In this document: positions 10,794 to 20,611 of the stretch, in pieces
Numbering within the stretch: position 1 is the stretch's first letter
How the letters are laid out: each line of letters opens with the position of its first letter
From: Candidatus Dadabacteria bacterium
GTDB taxonomy: Bacteria > Desulfobacterota_D > UBA1144 > Nemesobacterales > CSP1-2
Length of the DNA: 64,000 bases
Assembly (NCBI GenBank): GCA_040289575.1
Contig: PSLL01000005.1
Span: 21,719 to 85,718 of the forward strand
Direction of reading: 5' to 3'
Notes under the pieces: model-generated
What the model was told of the DNA's origin: nothing
Seen by the model: the letters and a program-made list of their open reading frames with translations, nothing else
The model's database searches: none
Program-made: the position numbers and the translations under genes

Positions 10794-12332
10794 CCTTGTC
10801 ACCGCCGCAAAACCGAGCCAGAATGCCAAACACCCCCATGGGAAAACATCCCCTATCTTTGTGTAGAATGTTTTCTCCCCATCTATGATCCCGACTTTTC
10901 CGTTGAGCGTCGTCCTCTCAAATATCTCTGTTTTTGCAACTACCCTTCCAACTGGGTCAATTATTGCGCTTATACCTGTGTTTGTGGCTCTTACGAGGAA
11001 TCGTCTTGTCTCAACCGCGCTTGGTATGGAGAAAAAAAGGTGCTGATATGGCTCAAATGATTTTCCAAACCATGCGTCGTTTGTGATGTTTACAAGAAGG
11101 TTTGCGCCCTTTAACACAAATCTCCTACTAAAAGACGGTATTATGTCCTCATAGCAAATGAGTGGCGCAATTTTTATCCCCTTCTCTTTTATCTCGAGGA
11201 CATCGAGTTTATTTCCAGGGGTGAAATCCCCCGAGGCAGGGCTTATCTTCTTTAAAGCGGGAATGTACTTTGAAAACGGCAGATATTCGCCAAAAAGAAG
11301 GAGTTTGACCTTATTGTATCTTCCGAGGATTTTTCCCTGTGCATCTGTAAGGAATGCTGTATTGAATTTGGAGATGTCCTCATCCGTTAAGCCGTCGGGA
11401 TTTATTTGATTAATTTTATATGACAGACCGCCGACTAGGAAATAAGAGCCTTCTGTTTGAGGAATAACTAAATCACCTTTGTCTGAGAGAAAGCGCGCCG
11501 AAGCCGAGACCCAGGCTTGGACGGCGGTCTCAGGCCAGATAATAAGATCGGGGGAATTGAGCGCATAGGACATAACCTTGTATCTTTGGGACATCGTTTT
11601 TTCATTAATCTGCTTCTTCTCTAGAATATCAAAATTGGCCTGCACAATACCGATTATGATTTTCCGTGCTTCTTCTATTCTCTTGGTCTCAACGCTTATC
11701 CTCCAGAAGCCGTAGCCGATTACGAGGATGAGGAGTATGAAAGATGTTAGAATCTCTAAGACGGGCGTCGGGCGGTGATTTAAGAGCCTTCCGGTCAGCC
11801 TCATTAATGCCACATTTACAAGGACAATCAAGAGGCTCAGCGAATACCTACCTAGAAGGTCAAATATCTGAATTAGAGGGAGATATTTGATCTCAGAGCT
11901 TGCGATTCCATAGGGGAAAAGAAATGGGAAAAGAAATTCGACCGATGTCCAGACGGCGGCTATGAGGAGGGCAGAAAATAATCCCTGTTTTCTGAAGAGT
12001 CCGAGCCTTGTCGTTATATAAGCAAATATGGCAAATGGAAGACCTGAGTATATGCTTATTGCGAGATGAAAGATTAGACTGACCGGAAGGGGAAATCCGC
12101 CGAATCTTGAAAGCGTTCCGATTAGCCAGTATGCCCCTATGGCATTTGCAATTGTTCCCGTTAATACCCCCAGACGAAATGCGTCCCAAGGGGATTTATT
12201 TTCAATTGCCATAAAAAACGGAATGAGTAGAAACCAGGAAAGAATCCCCGCATAAGGAATCACAAATGCAACGGGAAATAAAACGGCTGATATAATGGAA
12301 AGAACGAGGTCATATTTGGTGATTTTCATCAC
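10770..12332 (-). CDS. lnt: Apolipoprotein N-acyltransferase
   Basis: 520 aa with multiple N-terminal TM helices and a C-terminal CN-hydrolase domain (CYEDIIPSF, NITNDAWFG). Confidence 0.85.
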   Translation of the reverse strand: MMKITKYDLVLSIISAVLFPVAFVIPYAGILSWFLLIPFFMAIENKSPWDAFRLGVLTGTIANAIGAYWLIGTLSRFGGFPLPVSLIFHLAISIYSGLPFAIFAYITTRLGLFRKQGLFSALLIAAVWTSVEFLFPFLFPYGIASSEIKYLPLIQIFDLLGRYSLSLLIVLVNVALMRLTGRLLNHRPTPVLEILTSFILLILVIGYGFWRISVETKRIEEARKIIIGIVQANFDILEKKQINEKTMSQRYKVMSYALNSPDLIIWPETAVQAWVSASARFLSDKGDLVIPQTEGSYFLVGGLSYKINQINPDGLTDEDISKFNTAFLTDAQGKILGRYNKVKLLLFGEYLPFSKYIPALKKISPASGDFTPGNKLDVLEIKEKGIKIAPLICYEDIIPSFSRRFVLKGANLLVNITNDAWFGKSFEPYQHLFFSIPSAVETRRFLVRATNTGISAIIDPVGRVVAKTEIFERTTLNGKVGIIDGEKTFYTKIGDVFPWGCLAFWLGFAAVTRLGRKNLT

Positions 12333-12351
12333 TCTATAAGATACCTAAGAT

Positions 12352-12853
12352 TTGGGGTATGTTGAGGTTAGACTGTTTTTGTGGAATACGGCAGTTTATA
12401 AAAAGGATCGGATCACTTATGAAGGAGTCAATGGCGGGATGTTAAAAAATGATCTTGAGGCTGATCAAATGCCGCCAAGAGTTTCAAAGGGCTACAAAGG
12501 GTGGTATGCCAAAAATACGCAGAAGGTTATGGAGGAATACAGAACCTTAGCAAGGAGGGTGGCAGGAAATATAGCGGAGGGAAGCAGTGTGCTTGAACTT
12601 GGTCCTTATCCGGGGTATCTGGCAATAGAGCTTGCAAAACTCGGCAATTATAAGATTGTCGGACTGGATATTAGTAAGACATTTATAGATATTGCTCAAA
12701 AGAAAGCCAATGAAGCAGGGGTGGCCATTGAATTTCGGCTGGGGAATGCTGCCCATATGCCATTCGACAATTGAAGCCTTCGATTTCATTATCTGTGGGG
12801 CTGCCTTCAAAAATTTTGCGGAACCGATTAGATTTAGGAAATGCAAAATCTAA
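12352..12853 (+). pseudogene. Class I SAM-dependent methyltransferase, frameshifted and truncated
   Basis: SAM-binding motif VLELGPYPGY...VGLDIS, then a stop at 12774. The conserved continuation FDFIICGAAFKNFAEP appears in the +1 frame and ends early. Confidence 0.6.
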
Positions 12854-13086
12854 GAGAGCCTGAGGGGATTGGAAATATGGCTTGAAAAGTAACCACTATT
12901 ATTAACCAAGCGGAAATCTCAGGAGAGCAGAGTATATGTGTATCTTCCCAATGGAGATATGGTTTAATGCTCTTCTTATGAAAGAGGGCTATGCTCGTTT
13001 TTACTGTGACACATGAGGTAAAACATCATGATTTGTTTTTAAAGGAGGCTAGAGGAATAAAGGGGACTCTGGAAGCAATAGATTGC

Positions 13087-13848
13087 TTATTTGGAACAAT
13101 GCCAGATTACAACACCATCTACTACATCAGACGGCTTATCGGGAGGGTATGCGTCCATCACACCCATTATCTGCTTTACATATTCCTGTGCAGCGGGGTC
13201 CAAAGCGCTCAATATCTCTTCCCTACGGTTCTTACAGTCTTCCTTTGACCAATACTGCAAAACTGATGCAATTCGTATTCTTCGACGTACTAGACGTTCA
13301 GCTAAACTTGCTCCGCCCAGAGCCTCAGAGTTCCATCTAACCTCTTTAAGAGCATGAAAATTGCCAACCAGTACTAGGATAGGAGTACCATCCATCAACT
13401 CTAAGATTTGCTTTTCCATCCATTCATCTCGGTCTACAGAAGCTACACGAGGTGCGTCAATAGCACGGACTCTAAGACATTTCCCTTGCCAGATTTGGTC
13501 TCTAAAAGAGGCCAACATCTTACGATAACCCGGATGATCAATGATGCCACCTAACGGGATTGAAGAAATTGAGACCCTGTATAGTCTCCATGCTCTCAAG
13601 AAGGCTCTTTCTAAAAGTGGCTGTTGGTTTGAGGGGATTTCTAAACCCACTGTGAGACATTTTCCGCCTCGAAGATATTCCGATACGGTGTTAGTTATGA
13701 ACTGTGTTGATTCAAGGCGTCTATGTGTCTCTCCCACGATGACCACGCTTTTATTGTTTAAAAGCTGAGGCATAGATAACTCCGCTATGTGATTGGAGGC
13801 GGAGTGAAACAGCAATATAAGTGGTAACAAGGCTTCAAACCCTTTCAT
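13087..13848 (-). CDS. ChaN/Tiki-TraB-superfamily protein with a signal peptide
   Basis: A signal peptide followed by a VVIVGETHRR motif of the GumN/ChaN-type family. Confidence 0.55.
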   Translation of the reverse strand: MKGFEALLPLILLFHSASNHIAELSMPQLLNNKSVVIVGETHRRLESTQFITNTVSEYLRGGKCLTVGLEIPSNQQPLLERAFLRAWRLYRVSISSIPLGGIIDHPGYRKMLASFRDQIWQGKCLRVRAIDAPRVASVDRDEWMEKQILELMDGTPILVLVGNFHALKEVRWNSEALGGASLAERLVRRRIRIASVLQYWSKEDCKNRREEILSALDPAAQEYVKQIMGVMDAYPPDKPSDVVDGVVIWHCSK

Positions 13849-13945
13849 TGTTTACTTGCGACATACCTCTCTCTAATCGTACCATAAATTAGAGAAAACT
13901 TACGATAAATAAGCGCTATACTCAGATTAGGATAGTCTGATTTGC

Positions 13946-14719
13946 CTATGCACGTCCCTTCTCCACATTGGCCTTTACTGTGCGAATCTGGACGAGTTTT
14001 ATGATTCCTATAATTATCATAACAACTGACATAAGCTGGGCTATGGATATATGGGGAATCGGGCTTGGAGTTGTATTCCTTACAATCTCTACGAGAAACC
14101 TTTCGACCCCGGCAAGTATCAAAAAGATAGAAAACAGCCATCCTGTTGGTGCATCCTTTTTTCTGATTCTCCAGAGATAGATAAAAATAATCAACGACAA
14201 AATAATCTCATAAATCTGTGTAGGATGGGCCCTCACATCCGTTGGAGGAAGCCCTTTCGGAAAAGCGATAGCCCAGGGAAGGTCTGACGGAACCCCGTAG
14301 TCGTCTCCTACAAGGAAACACCCTACGCGCGCAATGGCGTATGCAACGGCAACGGCGGGGGCTATGGCATCCCCAAGAGTCCAGAAGCTCATCTTGTTTC
14401 TATATGCGATAATCCACATGAGGAGCGCACCGCCGAATAGTCCCCCGTAATATGTAAAACCGCCCCGAGAGAAGAGATATGTAATCGGGTTTCTTACGAT
14501 TTCTGATAGAGGAACATTCTCAAATATATATAGAATCTTTGCCCCTACTATCCCGCCCACCATTGCGGCAATAAGAAAATTGCCAAGGAGTTTTTCATCG
14601 AGTCTCCGTCTTTTAAATTCAAGCGACGAGAGCCAGTAGGCAACAAGAAACGCAATTGCCGCCATTACGCCATAGGATGAGATTGTAAAGTTTCCAATCC
14701 TAATTAGCTCCGGGTACAT
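13946..14719 (-). CDS. lgt: Prolipoprotein diacylglyceryl transferase
   Basis: 257 aa polytopic membrane protein. Has the Lgt signature region HPTQIYEIILSLIIF and the G-rich loop YYGGLFGGALL. Confidence 0.9.
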   Translation of the reverse strand: MYPELIRIGNFTISSYGVMAAIAFLVAYWLSSLEFKRRRLDEKLLGNFLIAAMVGGIVGAKILYIFENVPLSEIVRNPITYLFSRGGFTYYGGLFGGALLMWIIAYRNKMSFWTLGDAIAPAVAVAYAIARVGCFLVGDDYGVPSDLPWAIAFPKGLPPTDVRAHPTQIYEIILSLIIFIYLWRIRKKDAPTGWLFSIFLILAGVERFLVEIVRNTTPSPIPHISIAQLMSVVMIIIGIIKLVQIRTVKANVEKGRA

Positions 14720-14869
14720 CTAATTAACCTCTCTTTTCTTCGATGCCTCTTTGAAGTGCTTAATCTCTTCTTTAAGCTCGGCATTTTCTTTTATAAAGTA
14801 GTAGATTAATAAAAAGACAATGGCACAGAATATTAACTGAGTGACAAATATCATAAAAAGACTATACAT
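14720..14869 (-). CDS. Possible 49-aa single-TM small protein immediately upstream of lgt
   Basis: ORF MYSLFMIFVTQLIFCAIVFLLIYYFIKENAELKEEIKHFKEASKKREVN. GGGAG lies 9 nt upstream of the ATG, and the stop abuts the lgt ATG. It is below the ORF-track size cutoff. Confidence 0.3.
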   Translation of the reverse strand: MYSLFMIFVTQLIFCAIVFLLIYYFIKENAELKEEIKHFKEASKKREVN

Positions 14870-15050
14870 AAGATTTATCTCCCGAGGAATAGGATACAAT
14901 AAAATTTAACTGAAGGTTGTATATAATTAAACCGTTTATCTCAATTATGAACGCACTATTAAGTATCTATGAATACACCGTAAACATCTGATCGTAAGGA
15001 CATCACTAACTTGCGGGACTGATTAAAAATAGGTAGATTTTTGATCTAAT

Positions 15051-15647
15051 ATGCTGACTTCGCCTGTTTTAGTTCTTAACCGTTACTTCGTTCCGATTAC
15101 AGTAACGAGCGTAAAGAGGGCTTTTGTCATGCTCTACTGCGGAGCTGCAAAGGCCGTCGGGGGGAACTACGAGACATTTGATTTCGAGTCGTGGTCACAG
15201 ATCTCGGCTATGAAGGAAGAGGATGCAATTAGAACCGTCAGCCGGGTAATTAGGATTCCGCGCGTGATAGTGCTTCTCAGATATGACCGGATGCTTAGGA
15301 AGGAGGTAAAATTCAATCGAATCAATATATTCAGAAGGGATGGGGATTCATGTCAGTATTGCGGCGAGAGATTTCCGCGCTCTGATCTCACAATAGACCA
15401 CGTGGTTCCTAGGTCTCTAGGGGGAAAGAGTACGTGGGAAAATGTTGTGTGCTGCTGTATGGATTGTAATCGAAAAAAGGGTGGGAGAACCCCTGAAGGG
15501 GCTAAGATGAGGCTTATAAATAGGCCGAAAAGGCCATTATGGAGCCCCCTTTCCAACATCTCTGTAAGGACAATAAGGTATAAAGAATGGGAACCGTTCC
15601 TCAGCTTCGTTGATACATCTTACTGGAATGTAGAGCTTGAGGAGTAG
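15051..15647 (+). CDS. HNH endonuclease (McrA-like, standalone)
   Basis: HNH motif CQYCG...DHVVPRSLGG...WENVVCCCMDCNRKKG. The conserved N-terminal VLVLNRYFVPI domain is typical of this family. Confidence 0.8.
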   Translation: MLTSPVLVLNRYFVPITVTSVKRAFVMLYCGAAKAVGGNYETFDFESWSQISAMKEEDAIRTVSRVIRIPRVIVLLRYDRMLRKEVKFNRINIFRRDGDSCQYCGERFPRSDLTIDHVVPRSLGGKSTWENVVCCCMDCNRKKGGRTPEGAKMRLINRPKRPLWSPLSNISVRTIRYKEWEPFLSFVDTSYWNVELEE

Positions 15648-15963
15648 AAGGGCATAAACGCGGCCATACTGTGATAACGGATAATGAAAGTATTCCTTGT
15701 ATAACTCATCAAAATTATTAAGATTTTTATTTATTAATCCTAATAGAGAATATCTACGTTCAGTTAATTAATTAACCCAAACCCAAAAACGGCAGAGAGG
15801 GTATAGGTCATTTGATACTGTTTGGATATAAGTTTCTATATCCTTGTGCAACTTACATAATTAACCGTAGTTTTATATATGGATGTGTTCTATGAAGACC
15901 TAGAAATTCACTTTGTACTCTTTATAATAAATATGAAAATTTAATGATTAAAGCGAGAGTGGG

Positions 15964-17232
15964 ATGAGATACAAGATATTAATTTTGGTTTTAATCACAC
16001 TAATAATCTCTTCCAGTGTCATCATGGCAAGGATTATTATCCCCCCAATCAATGGGCCGATTATAAAAAAGATTTCCGTTTTTATTCCAGACCTGACCCC
16101 GGTTGGAGGAGGCAGGGATGAAAAAGCCCTGGAGTTCGTTGATGTTTTAAGGAATGATCTTCTCAACGCCGGGCTTTTTGATGTTCATGATGCAAGGGGT
16201 ATTCCGGTAGATGGGAGTGGAGGAATAAACTTTCAAGCCCTCTCCGATGCGGGTGCCGAGGAGCTTATAAAGGGCGAATACGGTTCTTCTGGAGACAGGA
16301 TACAGATTGCGGCAAGGCTATTTGATGTTTCTCAGGAGAAGGACATATTGGGGAGGTCTTATGAGGCTACGCCGGGCAGGGTTAGAGAGGCCGCACATAG
16401 GTTTGCGAGTGCGGTTATGAAGGAGCTTACAGGGATAGATGGGTTTTTTAATTCAAAAATCGTTTTTGTCTCGGGTGCCGGACAAAATAGAGATCTCTAC
16501 ATAATGGATTATGACGGGCGCAATATAAAACGCCTTACGAGTCACCGCTCCCTTCTCCTTTCACCTCATTGCTCTTCCGATGGAACGAAGGTGATTTTTA
16601 GTTCCGACAAGGTATGGACTCAGAATATATACGTCCTTAGTCTCGTTCCGAGAATAGAAGAGCGGAGGCTTACACGTACACTTAAATTGGATCAGAGCCC
16701 TGAGTGGTCGCCGGACGGGGGTAAAATAGCGTATAGTGAGAATGGGGATATATTTGTCTCAAACCCGGATGGGAGCGGAGCCGTAAATCTCACTCACAGC
16801 CCCGCGATAGATGTCTCTCCTACTTGGTCTCCGGATGGAAGACAGATTGCCTTTGTCTCCAACAGAGGTGGTGTACCGCAGATATATGTGATGAACTCTA
16901 ATGGGAGCAACGTAAGGAGAATTACATCTGGGAGTTATGATACAGACCCTTCCTGGTCTCCAAATCCGAGTATAAATAGAATAGCGTTTGTAAGGGTAGA
17001 GGGTTCGGAGGCAAACATCTTTACAATAAATCCGGACGGAACCGATGAGCAGAGACTTACAAGCGGGGCGAGGAGGAATGAAAATCCTTCCTGGTCTCCT
17101 GATGGGCATTATATAGCCTTTGATTCGACAAGAAATGGGGCTAAGAACATATATTTAATGTATCTCAATGGAGAAAACCAGAGACCGCTTACCAAAGACG
17201 GCGGTAAGTCATTTCCAACCTGGTGCAGGTGA
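15964..17232 (+). CDS. TolB-like periplasmic beta-propeller protein (PD40 repeats), not in a tol-pal context
   Basis: Signal peptide and a TolB-N-like domain. Repeated SPDG..IAF/S..G...I blades are present (SPEWSPDGGKIAY, SPTWSPDGRQIAFVS, NPSWSPDGHYIAF). Confidence 0.75.
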   Translation: MRYKILILVLITLIISSSVIMARIIIPPINGPIIKKISVFIPDLTPVGGGRDEKALEFVDVLRNDLLNAGLFDVHDARGIPVDGSGGINFQALSDAGAEELIKGEYGSSGDRIQIAARLFDVSQEKDILGRSYEATPGRVREAAHRFASAVMKELTGIDGFFNSKIVFVSGAGQNRDLYIMDYDGRNIKRLTSHRSLLLSPHCSSDGTKVIFSSDKVWTQNIYVLSLVPRIEERRLTRTLKLDQSPEWSPDGGKIAYSENGDIFVSNPDGSGAVNLTHSPAIDVSPTWSPDGRQIAFVSNRGGVPQIYVMNSNGSNVRRITSGSYDTDPSWSPNPSINRIAFVRVEGSEANIFTINPDGTDEQRLTSGARRNENPSWSPDGHYIAFDSTRNGAKNIYLMYLNGENQRPLTKDGGKSFPTWCR

Positions 17233-17744
17233 TTATGAGGGTTTTTCTCTCTGAAGCGGCTTTTATGGGGCTTATATTAAGTTCAATAGAGGTTTATAAA
17301 AGGGAGTGTCTTGGGCTTCTCCTTGGATATAAACTCGAGGATCGTTTCATAGTTGAATACAGCGTTACATATCAGAGTGCAAAGAGGATGAGAAACGGTG
17401 TGTCTTCAAATCGCGCGAGACACGCCAGAATTGAAAGCGTTCTTCCTAAGTTTGATAAGCTTGAACTTTTAGGGGATTTTCACTCCCATCCGCAGTACGG
17501 CTCGCTTAAAGGGGTTCCAAAGCCGAGTTCACTCGACATAAACGATATGGAGCAGGGAAAGCTCTATATTATTGTGGGGATTAATGACAACGAGCACTCG
17601 GTGCGATGGAGGGAAAATCAGGACGGCTCCATATCGGGAACACTCAACGATTTCCACATTAAAATCTCGGCTTATCATTTTGAGGGGAAGAGGATAAGGA
17701 GAATCCCAATTAAGTGCCCATTTTGTTTGGCAATTGAGAACTAA
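17223..17744 (+). CDS. JAB/MPN(+) domain metalloprotease-like protein
   Basis: A JAMM-like motif: E...HSHPqygslkgvpkpSSLD, with an insertion. C-terminal CPFC. Overlaps the upstream gene by 10 nt. Confidence 0.6.
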   Translation: MQVIMRVFLSEAAFMGLILSSIEVYKRECLGLLLGYKLEDRFIVEYSVTYQSAKRMRNGVSSNRARHARIESVLPKFDKLELLGDFHSHPQYGSLKGVPKPSSLDINDMEQGKLYIIVGINDNEHSVRWRENQDGSISGTLNDFHIKISAYHFEGKRIRRIPIKCPFCLAIEN

Positions 17745-17756
17745 GGACTGGATTAG

Positions 17757-18296
17757 TTGAGAACATTTATTGCCGCGCTTATTCCGGAGGAAATAAAGCT
17801 TGAGATGAATAGGTATATAATGGATATGAAACCCCATTGGGAAGGAGTAAAGTGGGAGAAATACGAAAAGCTACACCTCACACTTAAGTTTTTGGGAGAG
17901 GTAGAGGAGTCAAAGATAGAAGAGATAAAGATCGCCCTTATGGAATCGATTAAGGGTTATTCTCCATTTATGACAGGGATTTCAGGATTTGGGGGATTTC
18001 CTAGTCTTAAAAATCCGCGTGTTCTCTTTATTGGTCTGTCTGAGAACCGTGGGCTTTTAAGGCTCCAGCGTAAGATGGAAGAGAGACTTGAGCCGCTCGG
18101 CTTTAAAAAGGAGAGCAGGATTTTTATTTCCCATGTGACAATAGGGAGGATCAAGGGAAGGGCACGATCTAAAGGCTTTTTCCCTATTCCTCAAAATATC
18201 TCTTTTTCCATAACTGAAATTGCCCTTATGAGGAGCGTCCTCCATCCGGAAGGTTCAAAGTATACCCCGATTTCTGTGTTTCGATTAACCGCATAA
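17757..18296 (+). CDS. thpR: RNA 2',3'-cyclic phosphodiesterase (2H family, LigT/ThpR)
   Basis: Two H-x-T/S-x motifs (HLTLKF and HVTIGR), 179 aa. Confidence 0.8.
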   Translation: MRTFIAALIPEEIKLEMNRYIMDMKPHWEGVKWEKYEKLHLTLKFLGEVEESKIEEIKIALMESIKGYSPFMTGISGFGGFPSLKNPRVLFIGLSENRGLLRLQRKMEERLEPLGFKKESRIFISHVTIGRIKGRARSKGFFPIPQNISFSITEIALMRSVLHPEGSKYTPISVFRLTA

Positions 18297-18420
18297 CAGT
18301 TTTATTTGCTTTAAACAAACGGTATGAAGCATAGAAATGTACGTCCTAACATGAATTGCAGATTTGACAATCGGCCGGAAATCGGCAAGAATTAACCCTT
18401 TAAATTTGGAGGTTGGCGAA

Positions 18421-18735
18421 ATGCAGGCAGTTATTAAAACTGGCGGAAAGCAGCACAGAGTAAAACCGGGCGATGTTATAAGGGTAGAAAAACTCAAAGG
18501 AAACTCCGGTGACACTGTGGAATTCGGCGAGGTATTGATGGTATCTGATTCCGAAAAGGGGAGTAAAGTCGGTTCTCCTTTGGTTGAGAATGCGAGGGTT
18601 AAGGGCAAAATTCTCGGCCATGAAAAGGGTGAAAAGATAATCGTGTTTAAGTTTAAGAGGAAAAAGGGGTATAGGAGAAAAAGGGGGCATCGCCAGGTCT
18701 ATACCACCGTTGAAATAACGGATATTGAAAGTTAG
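18421..18735 (+). CDS. rplU: 50S ribosomal protein L21
   Basis: MQAVIKTGGKQHRV... is the canonical L21 N-terminus. GGAGG sits upstream, so this start is preferred over the ORF-track start at 18364. Confidence 0.9.
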   Translation: MQAVIKTGGKQHRVKPGDVIRVEKLKGNSGDTVEFGEVLMVSDSEKGSKVGSPLVENARVKGKILGHEKGEKIIVFKFKRKKGYRRKRGHRQVYTTVEITDIES

Positions 18736-18748
18736 GGGGTGAATTTAT

Positions 18749-19006
18749 ATGGCTCATAAAAAGGGCGGAGGAAGTTCAAGGAATGGAAGAGATAGCGAGG
18801 GCAGAAGACTGGGTGTGAAAAAATTCGGCGGGGAGGTTGTTCGTGCAGGCAACATATTGGCAAGGCAAAGGGGAACAAAATTCCATCCGGGGGAGAATGT
18901 GGGTATCGGAAGGGACTTTACACTATTTGCGCTTGTGGATGGAACTGTAGAGTTTAAAAGGCTGGGCAGGGAGAGGACAAAGGTGAGTGTTAAACCTGCC
19001 GGTTGA
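18749..19006 (+). CDS. rpmA: 50S ribosomal protein L27
   Basis: [16 protein letters not shown]... is the canonical L27 N-terminus, 85 aa. Confidence 0.95.
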   Translation: MAHKKGGGSSRNGRDSEGRRLGVKKFGGEVVRAGNILARQRGTKFHPGENVGIGRDFTLFALVDGTVEFKRLGRERTKVSVKPAG

Positions 19007-19257
19007 ATTTACTAGATGAAAGAACGTGGTTATTAATCGGTGATGTATATCTGAAAGCCCGACAGCGATTATCTTTAATTAAAATTCCCTTCTACCGGTT
19101 GGCTCTACATTTAGATATTTTTTCCCCTTCTTATTTTCCCATTGATTAGGAAATAAATCGAGGTAATATGTTTAGCCAGTTGGCGATCTATAATAAGCAG
19201 AATTTTTTGCATAATTATATATTTGAGGACTCCTAATACACTCCTCTTATTATATTT

Positions 19258-20496
19258 GTGAGGGGACAAATCATGACCGGAAACAAAGTAAACGACTTTG
19301 GCACAAAGGCTAGAAGGGAAATCATTCTTATAATACTCTTTGTGTGCCTATCTGTCGTTGTCTCAGTTTTTAATTCATTCTTTAGCGCCTCCCAGTTTTT
19401 GAGGTATAAAGCCGATGAGATTGGAAGGCTTTTTGAAGGCAGAAGGGATTTTACACAGGTTGCAAAGGAACTGCTCAGCGCGAGGACGGATATCGTGTAT
19501 TTAAAGCTCCTGGATGAGAATGGGATTCTCAAAGAGAGCCTGGGCAGGGAGGGGGAGATAGGAGTAAAAAAGTTTAGGCTTTCTATGCCAGATGGATATA
19601 CGGTTATAGCAGGGCTTAAAGAGATTAAGCCCTTAATCCTTCATCCACTCCTCTGGAGCGTGGCAGTAGGGATTTTCTTCTCCGGCATCTATCTCATGGT
19701 CTCCTCTCCTTTTTCTAAAAGGCGGGATGTCCAAATTGAGAGCGTCATTATGGGGATCAAACGCGTGTCGCGCGGCGATCTCACATCTAGGCTTGATATG
19801 GATAAAGACGTTCAGAATGATCCTCTTATGATCAGGCTTTTTGAGAGCTTTAACCAGATGGTTGATCAGATAAAGAGAAAAGAGGATATATCTAAAGAGA
19901 CTCCCAAGTTTCAGCCGATCGTGGTTGTTTCTGATAAAAAAGAGGAACCGAAGGTTAGGATGGTTACCGCGTTTGTTGCCAAGATCGCAGATTTCGAGAC
20001 GCTCTCTGCAAGGCTCGGTGCTGCGGAGTTTTCCTCATTTCTTACACAATATAGGAAGGCTGTGTCTTCTATAGTATCGGACTACGGCGGCGTTATAGAA
20101 GCTCTCCTTCAAGATGAAATCGTCGCGCTCTTTAATGTTCCTGATGAGCAGGATAAGCCTGAGCTAAGGGCTGTATGTGCTGCTGTCGAGGTGCTGGAGG
20201 TTCTTGCAAATATGAGCAGGAAAAGGAAGGTTGAAGGCAAAGAGCCCATAAGTGGAAAAATCGGAATAGAAGCAAGGGCTATACCGTTTTATATAGAGTC
20301 CGGCATTCCACAAGGTGTAAAAGAGGTAATTGGGCTTGCAAGGGCGATCTGCGAGGATGCGCCGGTATGGAAGGTTCTCATATCATCTGAAATTTACAAA
20401 TCGGTAAGCGACTATGTAGATGCCAAAGAGATGGTTGTAAATTATGGAACCTCGTTCTCAATTGTGTCCGTTGAAGAGGGTGTGATACGGGTTTAG
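19258..20496 (+). CDS. Membrane sensor with a HAMP-like linker and a degenerate class III nucleotidyl-cyclase homology domain
   Basis: Two TM segments, then a HAMP-like stretch (GDLTSRLDMD...SFNQMVDQI). A CHD-like region follows (VTAFVAKIADFETLS...GGVIEALLQDEIVALFN) with the metal-binding Asp and catalytic Lys/Asp positions substituted. Confidence 0.5.
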   Translation: MRGQIMTGNKVNDFGTKARREIILIILFVCLSVVVSVFNSFFSASQFLRYKADEIGRLFEGRRDFTQVAKELLSARTDIVYLKLLDENGILKESLGREGEIGVKKFRLSMPDGYTVIAGLKEIKPLILHPLLWSVAVGIFFSGIYLMVSSPFSKRRDVQIESVIMGIKRVSRGDLTSRLDMDKDVQNDPLMIRLFESFNQMVDQIKRKEDISKETPKFQPIVVVSDKKEEPKVRMVTAFVAKIADFETLSARLGAAEFSSFLTQYRKAVSSIVSDYGGVIEALLQDEIVALFNVPDEQDKPELRAVCAAVEVLEVLANMSRKRKVEGKEPISGKIGIEARAIPFYIESGIPQGVKEVIGLARAICEDAPVWKVLISSEIYKSVSDYVDAKEMVVNYGTSFSIVSVEEGVIRV

Positions 20497-20611
20497 ATAA
20501 TGGCGCGTCCAATATGCTTATTAATTCAATTTCGTATTTGTGACCATCCGTGTCTTTGATCCCTCGCATTTCAATGTTAAGATTTAAATGTCAAGATGGG
20601 GTAGGGATTAA

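Noticed and set aside
18364-18420. Upstream extension of rplU starting at 18364
   Set aside because: The canonical L21 N-terminus (MQAVIKTGGKQ) starts at 18421, preceded by GGAGG. The extension has no homology.
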